From assembly GCA_963674825.1 (NCBI GenBank), contig OY771587.1:960001-1024000 (forward strand): a stretch of 64,000 nt of DNA, read 5' to 3'. The notes under the pieces were generated by a model. It was given only the letters and a program-made list of their open reading frames with translations, was not told where the DNA came from and made no database searches. This document shows positions 51,948 to 60,722 of this stretch, piece by piece. The DNA is from Candidatus Cloacimonadales bacterium. GTDB taxonomy: Bacteria > Cloacimonadota > Cloacimonadia > Cloacimonadales > JAIOQZ01. The translations under genes and the position numbers were made by a program. Numbering within the stretch: position 1 is the stretch's first letter; every line of letters starts with the position of its first letter.

Positions 51948-52408
51948 TGGCCGTGCTGCCCGTTGCGACCGACAAGGCTGTCGCCATCCTGAACCTGACG
52001 AACGACCGGCGCATCACCGCGACGTTCGAGGAACATGCACCCGCCGTGATGCTGCTGCTGAAGCGCGTCTCGGACGCAGATGTGTGGGTCGACCTGCTCT
52101 CTGGAGAGGTGGACGCCGACACCGCCGACAGCTACACCTTCGCCTACTGCTACCTGCTGCTGGCCGAGACCGTTGATCTGCTCAACTTGAAAACGCTCGG
52201 CGAGGGCATCATCAAGACCACCGGCATCGACACGCAGCAGACCGAATTGCTGACCGGAAGCGAGGTGCAGGCGTTTCGCAAACACCTGACCATCAAGGCA
52301 TTGGAAACCATAGAAGATTTTCTCAACGCAGACGGCTACTCGCGACTCCGTGAACTGGCGCTCGGCACCTCCCGACACCGCACCCGCACCAAGGCAAGCG
52401 TGATATGA
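51944..52408 (+). CDS. Phage protein (possible head-tail adaptor)
   Basis: GC-rich, coupled to neighbours in the structural operon; function positional only. Confidence 0.55.
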   Translation: MMAVLPVATDKAVAILNLTNDRRITATFEEHAPAVMLLLKRVSDADVWVDLLSGEVDADTADSYTFAYCYLLLAETVDLLNLKTLGEGIIKTTGIDTQQTELLTGSEVQAFRKHLTIKALETIEDFLNADGYSRLRELALGTSRHRTRTKASVI

Positions 52409-52872
52409 CCCCCACCGACAACTCCATCTACCGCGCTATCTTCGCGGCCATCGAGAGCCGTCTGCATCTCATTGGGAGCGTGATCGATGGCGAAGCGCGA
52501 CGCCTGATTCTGGAGCGAGACATCAAGGCGGAGGGTGACTTCCTCGCCAACACGGGCTACGAAGTCGAGGTCGGGAGCGCATCCATCGACCTGATTGTCG
52601 GCTCAAACGTGCCGCACGAGCCGTTCGTGTTGGGCGGCAAGGTACCCTCCTGGACACCACTCGAGCCGCTCAAGGCTTGGGTGGAGCGGAAGAACCTCTC
52701 GTGGGTCGACAAGAAGAGCGGTAAGCAACTCTCCATCGAGCAAATGGCGTACATGATCCGCGCGAAGATCAAGCGCGAGGGCATCCCCGCGAGGAACGTC
52801 TTTGCGGAGGTGATCAGGAACCGTGAGTCGTGGATTTTCCAGCAGCTCGATAGCATCGAGGTGGCGTTATGA
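52405..52872 (+). CDS. Phage neck/tail-completion protein (HK97 gp10-like)
   Basis: VGSNVPHEPFVLGG...LKAWVERK...IKREGIPARNVF. Confidence 0.6.
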   Translation: MTPTDNSIYRAIFAAIESRLHLIGSVIDGEARRLILERDIKAEGDFLANTGYEVEVGSASIDLIVGSNVPHEPFVLGGKVPSWTPLEPLKAWVERKNLSWVDKKSGKQLSIEQMAYMIRAKIKREGIPARNVFAEVIRNRESWIFQQLDSIEVAL

Positions 52873-53246
52873 GCTACGCCCAAACCCGCGAACTTATCTG
52901 CCAGGCATTGAACGCTTGCGGTATCGTTTCCGACAACATCCGCTTCCACAAGGACGACGTGCCCTCCGCTTTCCCCGCCGCGATGGTGGTCTTGCAGGGC
53001 GAGAAGGGCGTCAACGGCACGGCTAAGCAATACACATCCATCGAGCACGATGTCGGAGTGTTTCTCATTGTCGATGTCAACGAAACCGACGACTCGGACA
53101 GCGCGGTTCTCGCGCTCTCGGAGCGGTTCCGCGAGCAGTATCGCAAGCACGTTGGACGGGACATCCCGCAGATTGAGTACTACGCCGCCAGAGCCGATTC
53201 GGGCCGTCGGGTCCGCATCGCGAAGGTTTACACGGTGACGCCATGA
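52869..53246 (+). CDS. Phage protein (possible tail terminator)
   Basis: Coupled ORF of ~125 aa with FPAAMV; positional. Confidence 0.5.
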   Translation: MSYAQTRELICQALNACGIVSDNIRFHKDDVPSAFPAAMVVLQGEKGVNGTAKQYTSIEHDVGVFLIVDVNETDDSDSAVLALSERFREQYRKHVGRDIPQIEYYAARADSGRRVRIAKVYTVTP

Positions 53247-54433
53247 GAGTGTGCAAGATCGGCGGGTTCAACGTCGGGTACACCGACACCGACGAGTTGC
53301 TCCAGAAGCGGTACGGTGCTGTTTCATCCGACTTAAACAATTGCAAGTGGACTGGCGCGAAGAGACTCACGAAAGCGCAGGAGCAGCGGAAGATCGTTTC
53401 CGCGCCCTACTCGATGTCCAACCTGCTGAAACTGCTGGAGAAAGACGAGTACCATGCTGGATGCGTCGCCGCCAAGATGAACGCGACGGTGATGCAGGTC
53501 GAGGTGAAGGACTCCGGCCTCAAGAAGTGGCTGCTGGAAGCGCAGTATCCGGGCAGTGAGGACGTGTCGTCCGTGCTGGCGGAGTTCCTCAAGTATTACC
53601 TGTCGTGCGGCAACGGCTTTCTGCTCAAGATGCGCAACACGAAGGGTCAATGGGTCGGCTTCGAACGGCTGTTGCCCACCGAGACGCAGATCGTCGAAAA
53701 CTACGACGAGTTCGGCTTCTTCAGACCGGACTTCATCCAGGTCAAGAACGGCAAGAAGACCTTCTTCCCCGGCGCGGACGTCATCCATTTCAAGCAGACG
53801 ACGCACAAGTCGAACGCGTGGGGCGTGGCCTGCCTACCGGTGGCGGTCAACGTCGAGATACTCTCCGAAGTCAAGGTGTTCGACTACAACAACTTCAGGA
53901 ACGGACTGCTCGTCGACTACTTCATGATCGTCGAGGGCGGTTCGCTCCGTGATGACGTGGTCGAGGACGCCGATGGCAACGAGGTGCTCAAGGACGCCTT
54001 CACCGTCATCGAGGAGACGCTGCAGAGCGCGAAGGGCAACAACAAGTCGCACACGACCGTCCTCATCGAAACCGAGAACAAGGACGCTCGTATCCGACTC
54101 GAACCCCTGCGGCAACAGGATCGCGACGGCGGCTTCATCACGCTGAAGAAAGACCTGCGCGAGGGCATCTTCGCGTACCATCGAGTCCCGGCGCGCATCG
54201 TCTCGCAGCTCATTCCGGGGCAGCTCGGCGGCGACAATCGCTCCGACATGCTGATGTTCCACCATTTCGTGATCAAGCCGCTCCAGCACCGGCTCGGACA
54301 GGTGCTATCCAGCGCGTTCAACGCCGAGTTCGGCTGGAAGCTGACCCCCGCCGATTTTGACTTCGGCGACCTGACATCGATCTTCGAGAGCGAAGACGAG
54401 AAACTTTTCAATTCCAATAGATTAGGAGGCTGA
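53243..54433 (+). CDS. Phage portal protein (PBSX-like)
   Basis: YLSCGNGFLLKMRN, DVIHFKQ, AWGV, NNFRNG, IFAYHRVP, VIKPLQ. Confidence 0.82.
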   Translation: MRVCKIGGFNVGYTDTDELLQKRYGAVSSDLNNCKWTGAKRLTKAQEQRKIVSAPYSMSNLLKLLEKDEYHAGCVAAKMNATVMQVEVKDSGLKKWLLEAQYPGSEDVSSVLAEFLKYYLSCGNGFLLKMRNTKGQWVGFERLLPTETQIVENYDEFGFFRPDFIQVKNGKKTFFPGADVIHFKQTTHKSNAWGVACLPVAVNVEILSEVKVFDYNNFRNGLLVDYFMIVEGGSLRDDVVEDADGNEVLKDAFTVIEETLQSAKGNNKSHTTVLIETENKDARIRLEPLRQQDRDGGFITLKKDLREGIFAYHRVPARIVSQLIPGQLGGDNRSDMLMFHHFVIKPLQHRLGQVLSSAFNAEFGWKLTPADFDFGDLTSIFESEDEKLFNSNRLGG

Positions 54434-54860
54434 ATGACAGAACGTAAAACCGTGCGCAAAGGCGAGTTGCGCAACGTCGAGGTGGAGCTCGTATCGCTGC
54501 TCTTCGACGACATGAACCCCGCCAACCAGAAGGGCTTCGTTGTCAAAGCCGCGAGTGGCAAGGCGTACAAGGTGCGCGGCTCGTCGGTCAAGTTCAAGAG
54601 CGAGACGAAGGGGCGTCAGGGGCGGCTGTTCGTGACGCTGATGGAACCGGACGTGAAGGACGCGCAGGGCGATTTCTACACCGCCGAGGAGATCCAGAAG
54701 GCGTGCGACCACTTCAGTAAGCACGGCATGGTCGGGCGCAACGACATCAACCACAACAACCACCCGATCGACGACTTTTCCGTCGCCGAGAACTACATCC
54801 TCAAAACCGAGGACAGGACGCACTTTCCCGACACACGCATCGGAGCTTGGGTGCAGGTGC
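54434..54860 (+). pseudogene. XkdF-like prohead protease, truncated by cargo
   Basis: ELVSLLF..PAN, LMEPDVKDAQGDFYTAEEIQKAC, DINH, AENYI, GAWVQV; cut before the usual G-x-S motif. Confidence 0.72.
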
Positions 54861-55834
54861 TATTTTCGAATTTCAACGGTGATACTTGAATCAATTGCAT
54901 TTGCAAGGTCTGTAATCTGTGATACTTTGTCTTTAGGAACATTTCTACCAATATGCACTTTTCGGATCCTAATGGTATATGGTATTGAGCCATTCGGAAC
55001 ATGAATTGGATATTTTATATACGAATCATCGAAACGTTCAAGTTGATTCGGGTTGTAGATCAATAATCTTGTTTCTTTTTCCCATGAATAGCGATCCCTT
55101 TTGTAGAAAAATGAAAAACGAAACAATCCATTTATCATTACTTCCTTCATACAATATTGACGCAACCGAAAATTGATCTCACTTATGAAATCGAAATCAT
55201 ATCCTGAATCGTAAGAGACGCGATTAAAACCAATTCGTTCATTTTGTGATGGACCGAAGGAGGAATTTGTTAATACTTGTATCTCAAAACAAACTCCATC
55301 ATCAGAATCAGCATATTCAAGCCAAAAACGATCTTCCAGGTTCCTTGTGAAACACAGAATATGGCCTAAGTTTCGAACTCTATCTGATTGTGGAGATTTG
55401 TTTGGCCTGCCAATATCACAATAAATAGGATTTTCGTTGTGTCTTCGTATTTCTGTCATGTTTTTTTTCGTGCTGCACATTTTTCTGCAGTATTCCTCTG
55501 GCATTAAGTATCCTAAGAGCCCCACTCGTTTGTAAAATTCTGTGAATTCCGCATAATCATTGAGTGATTGAGATTCTAAATTATACATCCTGAAGGCTTT
55601 TTCCTGCAATGCTCCGATAGCATAGTCGCTTTTCATGAAACGATATAGGATATCACCATCACACACTTGAGGAGAACGATCTTTCAAAACCCTCGCAATT
55701 GGGTTTTTATCTTCTTGTATCCATATAAGCTGATGGACATTGATGTCTGCATTGCTGTCAACACCAAATTTTTCAAGGGAGTGTGCCTTTAAAGTGTCAT
55801 TTATAATCCTTATGATCTTTGCTTTATCACTCAT
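54860..55834 (-). CDS. Cargo: DUF2971 family protein
   Basis: LYRFMK, ILCFT, FWLEYADSDDGVCFEI, VSY, YKRDRYSWEKETRL. Confidence 0.72.
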   Translation of the reverse strand: MSDKAKIIRIINDTLKAHSLEKFGVDSNADINVHQLIWIQEDKNPIARVLKDRSPQVCDGDILYRFMKSDYAIGALQEKAFRMYNLESQSLNDYAEFTEFYKRVGLLGYLMPEEYCRKMCSTKKNMTEIRRHNENPIYCDIGRPNKSPQSDRVRNLGHILCFTRNLEDRFWLEYADSDDGVCFEIQVLTNSSFGPSQNERIGFNRVSYDSGYDFDFISEINFRLRQYCMKEVMINGLFRFSFFYKRDRYSWEKETRLLIYNPNQLERFDDSYIKYPIHVPNGSIPYTIRIRKVHIGRNVPKDKVSQITDLANAIDSSITVEIRK

Positions 55835-55899
55835 GGTTACCTCCATTTTCAGATTTAGTAACTTGTTGCAAACATGTCAAAAGAAATTTCCACGAGTCC

Positions 55900-56129
55900 A
55901 TTCATCCCTTCTGGCAAAGGAGGGAAAAGAGGCAAAATGGATACTCAAACAGGCGATCAAGGCCCTCGCAGAGCCCATCGTGGACGCCGTTATCAGCGCG
56001 CTGGAGGCTCTGGCCAAGCGTAGCGAGAACACTATCGACGACGCCTTCGTGGCCAAGTTCCGCGAGTTCAAGGAAGCCATCGTCGGCTTCATCCTCGCGC
56101 ACTGCGACAACATCGTCAAACGCGCGTAG
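55900..56129 (+). pseudogene. 3' fragment of a phage protein
   Basis: GC-rich frame ...KWILKQAIKALAEPIVDAVISALEALAKRSENTIDDAFV... with no credible start. Confidence 0.5.
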
Positions 56130-56138
56130 GGAGCGGCC

Positions 56139-56684
56139 ATGCCCGTAGAAAAACCAACCCTACCCACCGGCATGAGCTCTGGCGACCTCGCGAACCTGCT
56201 CAACCAGATCGGCGGCGTGGACGTGTACAACGTCCACGTCGGGGTCGGCGAGCTGACGGAGAGTGAAATCACGGCGATGTTCGCCAGTCAGCCGACGATG
56301 GAGACCGAGATTTCAACAAACTTCGAGGAGCTTGGCGAACTGGCCGAGAAGCCGTTCAAGGTCGAGTCTAAGACCGAGAAGCTCAAGACCCGGCACTACC
56401 AGATCGAGGGTAAGCGCACCAACGTCGTCACCGTGACCATCGTCGGCATCAACGAGGACAAGAAGAACTGGCTCGAGGAGCAGAGTGCAGGCATGGCGCA
56501 GATCACGCTGGTCGCCGTCTCGAAGGACAAGACGCAGGCCGTGCTTATCAACGGCTGTCGCTGGACGGTCGACTGGAGCGGTGAAGCGGACGGTCTCTAC
56601 ACCCAAGAGGTGGCGACCGAGTTCACCGGCAAGACCAGCGGCAAGGTTAGCTTCTTCAACAAGATACCCATAACCGCAACGTAG
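56139..56684 (+). CDS. Probable major tail tube protein
   Basis: 181 aa, beta-rich and Thr/Glu-rich, upstream of the chaperone/tape-measure region. Confidence 0.55.
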   Translation: MPVEKPTLPTGMSSGDLANLLNQIGGVDVYNVHVGVGELTESEITAMFASQPTMETEISTNFEELGELAEKPFKVESKTEKLKTRHYQIEGKRTNVVTVTIVGINEDKKNWLEEQSAGMAQITLVAVSKDKTQAVLINGCRWTVDWSGEADGLYTQEVATEFTGKTSGKVSFFNKIPITAT

Positions 56685-56689
56685 GAGAC

Positions 56690-56893
56690 ATGATGAACTG
56701 CACATGCGACCCTGAAGTTCGCAAAAAGATATCGGACGTGCACAAGGAAGTCTATGGCAACGGCGATTCGAGCCGTTCGATTGTGACCCGCATCGCGCGT
56801 CTGGAAACGAACATCAAGCTGCTCACGAGCCTGACCGTCAGCCAGTTCTTTCTGCTGGTGGGCGTGGCCGTGAAGACCTTTCTGGGGGCGTGA
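56690..56893 (+). CDS. Small membrane phage protein (holin-like)
   Basis: VYGNG...RIARLE plus C-terminal TM. Confidence 0.5.
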   Translation: MMNCTCDPEVRKKISDVHKEVYGNGDSSRSIVTRIARLETNIKLLTSLTVSQFFLLVGVAVKTFLGA

Positions 56894-57216
56894 TGGACAT
56901 CAGTTACGCCACCTTTCGCAAGGTGCTCTCAACGCTGCTTCGCAACGATCAACTCCGCGACGGACTGAGCGACCTGCTCGCCGGTAACGAGGTTGAGTTG
57001 AGCGAGGTCGGCTTCCTGGACTTGCTCGAAGAGTCGCACGTCGACATCGACATCCTGCGCATCCTCACCGGACGCGAACCGGAGGCCATCGGGCCGGAAC
57101 AGGCGGCGGAGGCGTTCACGGCTTTTTTCTCGGCTGTCAGAGGCAGTTGGCGCGCGTTTCAGCCCTTGCTCGAAGGTTTGGGCTACACGGCGCAGGTCGA
57201 AGCGGGGACAGCATAG
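56890..57216 (+). CDS. Probable tail assembly chaperone G
   Basis: Position after the tail tube; contains a T-TTT-TTC slippery site at 57123-57129. Confidence 0.6.
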   Translation: MMDISYATFRKVLSTLLRNDQLRDGLSDLLAGNEVELSEVGFLDLLEESHVDIDILRILTGREPEAIGPEQAAEAFTAFFSAVRGSWRAFQPLLEGLGYTAQVEAGTA

Positions 57217-57341
57217 AACGTCTCGAGATGGCCCTGCGCGGGGCGGGGTTCACGCAAGCCGATTTTTGCGAGCTGAGCCTGCCCGAACTCTACCTCCGCT
57301 ACTGCCTCGCCATCGAAAACACAAGGAAACACAATGGATAG
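57123..57341 (+). CDS. -1 frameshift extension (G-T chaperone)
   Basis: The -1 frame is open from the slippery site to TAG 57341: ...DSIERLEMALRGAGF...LSLPELYLRYCLA. Confidence 0.55.
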   Translation, partial: FFLGCQRQLARVSALARRFGLHGAGRSGDSIERLEMALRGAGFTQADFCELSLPELYLRYCLAIENTRKHNG

Positions 57342-58095
57342 TCTGATTACATGGATCGGCGGCAAGAAGCTGCTGCGCAAGAAAATCGCCAGCCTCGTGC
57401 CCGACGACAACACCGGCTACGTGGAGCCGTTCGGCGGGGCCGGTTGGGTGCTGTTTTACCGCGACCGCTGGGCCCGTCTCGAGGTGTACAACGACCTCGA
57501 CTCACGGCTCACGAACCTGTTCCTGCAGGTGAAGTTCCACCCCGACGCGCTGGTGAAAGAACTGGAGCTGATGCCTGCCTCACGCGCCCTGTTCGACGAA
57601 CTGGTCGAGCAGCCCGGCCTCACTGAGCTACAACGGGCCGCGCGATTCCTCTACGTCATCACCCGCTCGTTCGGCGGCAAGGGCGAGCACTTCGGCAGGG
57701 CTTCCACGTCCGGTCCGAGCAGCATGCAGCGCAAGCTGGAGCGTGTCCACGCGCTGAGCAAGCGACTCGACAAGGTGACCATCGAACACCTGCCCTACGA
57801 CGAGCTGATCGCCTTCTACGACCGGCCCGGCGTGTTCTTCTACTGCGATCCGCCCTACGTCCACGGCACGACCTACGCAAACGCGCGTCACTTCGACCAC
57901 GAGCGGCTTCGGGACGTGCTGAAGGGCGTGAAAGGACGCTGGCTGCTCTCCTACGACGACTGCCCCGAGGTGCGCGAGTTGTACGCCGGACACACCATCA
58001 TTCCGGTCAGTCGCGTGAAGGGGATCAACCGGATGCAGGGCGAGAGCATGTTCAAGGAGGTTATCATCGCAAACTACGAGGTGCCAGATGAATAG
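57334..58095 (+). CDS. DNA adenine methyltransferase (Dam/D12 class)
   Basis: WIGGK, YVEPFGGAG, YNDLD, YCDPPY. Confidence 0.92.
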   Translation: MDSLITWIGGKKLLRKKIASLVPDDNTGYVEPFGGAGWVLFYRDRWARLEVYNDLDSRLTNLFLQVKFHPDALVKELELMPASRALFDELVEQPGLTELQRAARFLYVITRSFGGKGEHFGRASTSGPSSMQRKLERVHALSKRLDKVTIEHLPYDELIAFYDRPGVFFYCDPPYVHGTTYANARHFDHERLRDVLKGVKGRWLLSYDDCPEVRELYAGHTIIPVSRVKGINRMQGESMFKEVIIANYEVPDE

Positions 58096-58864
58096 CGTCA
58101 TCGGTTGGGTGGGCGGCAAGCGACTACTGCGCAAGGCGATCCTGCCGCTCATCCCGAAGCACGACACGTACTGCGAACCCTTTGCCGGAGCGGCGTGGAT
58201 ACTCTTCGCCAAGTCGCGCGACCACAAGGAATGGCAGGCAACCAAGGGCCAGAAATACCGCGAAATCCTCAACGACATCAACGGCGAGTTGGTGAATTTC
58301 TGGCGGCATGTGAAGCACCATCCGGCCGCGCTGAAAGCGGAACTCGACCGGTTTCTCGCCTCGCGGGAGCTGTTTCACGAGTTTCTCGATAGCGCGTCGC
58401 GCACCGACCTCGAACGCGCCGTGCGGTTCTACTATGTGCTGGCGTGCTCCTACGGCAGCCTTTCGAGCACCTTCGCTGTTCGTGGTCACCTGACGATGCT
58501 GCCGATCCGGCGCGTGGGCAAGCTCGAAGCCGCCAGCGAACGCCTGCGCGACGTCATCATCGAGCGACTCGACTACGAGGCTGTCATCCGCAAGTACGAC
58601 CGCCCTGCGACCTTCTTCTACATCGACCCGCCGTACTACGAGCGTGAGATGCTCTACGAACGCGACCGGGTAGCGGCGTTCGACCAGCACGAGGAGCTTG
58701 CGATGCTGCTGCGCGAGGTGCAGGGCAAGTGGTTCCTGAGCTACAACGACCATCCCGTCATCCGCGAGCTGTACAAGGGGTTCACCATCGATGTGGTGAA
58801 CACGCGATACTCGGTGTCGGGGACGAACAGGGCAAGCTCAGAGATATTGGTTAGAAATTACTAA
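58088..58864 (+). CDS. Second DNA adenine methyltransferase (Dam/D12 class)
   Basis: WVGGK, YCEPFAGAA, NDING, YIDPPY. Confidence 0.92.
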   Translation: MNSVIGWVGGKRLLRKAILPLIPKHDTYCEPFAGAAWILFAKSRDHKEWQATKGQKYREILNDINGELVNFWRHVKHHPAALKAELDRFLASRELFHEFLDSASRTDLERAVRFYYVLACSYGSLSSTFAVRGHLTMLPIRRVGKLEAASERLRDVIIERLDYEAVIRKYDRPATFFYIDPPYYEREMLYERDRVAAFDQHEELAMLLREVQGKWFLSYNDHPVIRELYKGFTIDVVNTRYSVSGTNRASSEILVRNY

Positions 58865-58876
58865 AGTATGACTGAA

Positions 58877-59215
58877 TCATTTCTTTGCAGTTTTCCTGTC
58901 CAAAATAGCTTGGAGAACTTTGTGATCCATATAATGAGCCAGCCAATGAGGTTCCTCAAATGGTTTCTTCAGGGACTCCAACCTATCAATCTCATCTTGA
59001 AGTTCCTCAATACTGTACTCGAGGAACCTCGAGAACTTGTCATCCAGTTTTTTGTATGTGAAGTCCTCAAGGCTTTCGTATCCCATGACCTCAAGAAGAA
59101 ACGCAGTATTTGGACGTGCATCTTGGTCAACAGGTACCGATTTAAGGGGTTTGTTGAGCTCCAGACCCAGAAGTTTTCGGACAGTCTCGATACTTGGATA
59201 ATCTGCAGTTGTCAT
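58877..59215 (-). CDS. Cargo: small hypothetical protein
   Basis: AAGGAGG RBS and own TTGACA; antisense between dam2 and the tape measure gene. Confidence 0.65.
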   Translation of the reverse strand: MTTADYPSIETVRKLLGLELNKPLKSVPVDQDARPNTAFLLEVMGYESLEDFTYKKLDDKFSRFLEYSIEELQDEIDRLESLKKPFEEPHWLAHYMDHKVLQAILDRKTAKK

Positions 59216-59271
59216 GATTCCTCCTTGTTTGATGTGCTGATGATGAAAGATTGAATGAGGATGTCAAGTAA

Positions 59272-59760
59272 ATGGCAACATTGAAGTTCCGCATCATCAT
59301 CGAGAAGGGCGACGCGAATGCGGCTATCACCGACGTCGAGGCGCAGGTTGACGACCTGAAGCAGAAGGCGGAGGAACCGAAGTCGCTGAAGCTCGACGCG
59401 CAGGCCGCATTGGGCGTTATCCGCGACGTGATGCTGAACCTGTCGTCCCTGAAGTCGGTCATCGATGGCGTCGTGGGTAAGGCGAACGACCTGCTCAACG
59501 CTTCGCTCAAGCAGCGGCAAGCCGTGACCCTGACCAACATCGCGTTCGGCGAGCAATCGGAATCGATGCAGGAGTTTGCGTCACGCATGCAGGCGGTGAC
59601 CAACCACGGCGACGAGGAGCTGCTGCCACTCATGGCGAAGATGCGGCAGACGTTCAAAATGACGACCGAGGAGGTGCAGGCCATCACGCCGTACATCCTC
59701 GATTTCGCGGACGCTAACGCATCCACCGACGTCGAGGCGAAACAAAATAAACGATTATAG
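59272..59760 (+). pseudogene. Tape measure protein N-terminal fragment
   Basis: MATLKFRIII...FASRMQAVTNHGDEELL...; GC-rich until ~59740, then stops at 162 aa. Confidence 0.7.
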
Positions 59761-59840
59761 AAATGAAATATTAAACTTGACATGGATCATTTGGTTTGAT
59801 ATGGATTTAATAATTAATCATGACAACATATGGAGGAACC

Positions 59841-60722
59841 ATGAAATATTTTCTTCTCGCTATCGTGTTAATGGCGTACAGCCTGCTTGTAGCCGAAACC
59901 TGGATATACGAAAAGACCGTCGTCGAGCTTCCCATGGGCGAAGCGGAAAATCAGTTGAGCCTTGTACTCGTTCCAGATGGCTACGAAGAAATGGATTCAG
60001 GTCCAACAAGCTTCACCATTGATGAGGACGAAAATATTTACATACTGACTCGACGCAAAAACATCATCAAGAAGTTTGACCGTAATGGCAACTTCATCTG
60101 CGCATCGAAATACGAAAAGGGTGCAGGAGATGTCATCCGATTTCTTGGATATCATAATGGAATGGTTTACACCATGAGTTGGGGGTCTGATCGTCCATAT
60201 GTCCGAAGATATAACAAAGACCTCGAATACATTGGTTGTTCTTCTTTACATAAAGAAAGAGGTCCAACTGTTGGTCTGAGCTTCATTGAAAGCAATGCGG
60301 ATAAGTTTGGTTTACTCATCTACGATGGTCCACAAGCGATACAAGCTGGCGAACTTGTGTTGCAAAATAACCAATATCATCTTAAGAAAATGAAACTGTT
60401 CGATTTCACCTATAAGCCAGTTGACCTGAAAAAGATGTGGCATTCCGATATTGGATATCGATTTATAAATTATGACAGGGATAACTACTTGTATTTCGAG
60501 AACTTGGTTGCTCCATTGACAGCGACAGAACTCGGCATTGTAACGGAAAAAGGTGACTTTATCTCCACGAATGTCGTTTTCGATTCAAATTTAGTTCATG
60601 ACGTTCATTTCTACGATAGAGTTTATCCTTTTGTTTCAAAATCTGGTGTTGCTTATAGCTTGGTTGTTTCCAAGGACAAAATTGAATATGTCCGTTGGTA
60701 TAAAACAGGAGTAGAGAAATGA
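59841..60722 (+). CDS. Cargo: secreted beta-propeller-like protein
   Basis: Signal peptide; GPTSFTIDEDENIYIL...IKKFDRNGNFI (NHL-like). Confidence 0.65.
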   Translation: MKYFLLAIVLMAYSLLVAETWIYEKTVVELPMGEAENQLSLVLVPDGYEEMDSGPTSFTIDEDENIYILTRRKNIIKKFDRNGNFICASKYEKGAGDVIRFLGYHNGMVYTMSWGSDRPYVRRYNKDLEYIGCSSLHKERGPTVGLSFIESNADKFGLLIYDGPQAIQAGELVLQNNQYHLKKMKLFDFTYKPVDLKKMWHSDIGYRFINYDRDNYLYFENLVAPLTATELGIVTEKGDFISTNVVFDSNLVHDVHFYDRVYPFVSKSGVAYSLVVSKDKIEYVRWYKTGVEK

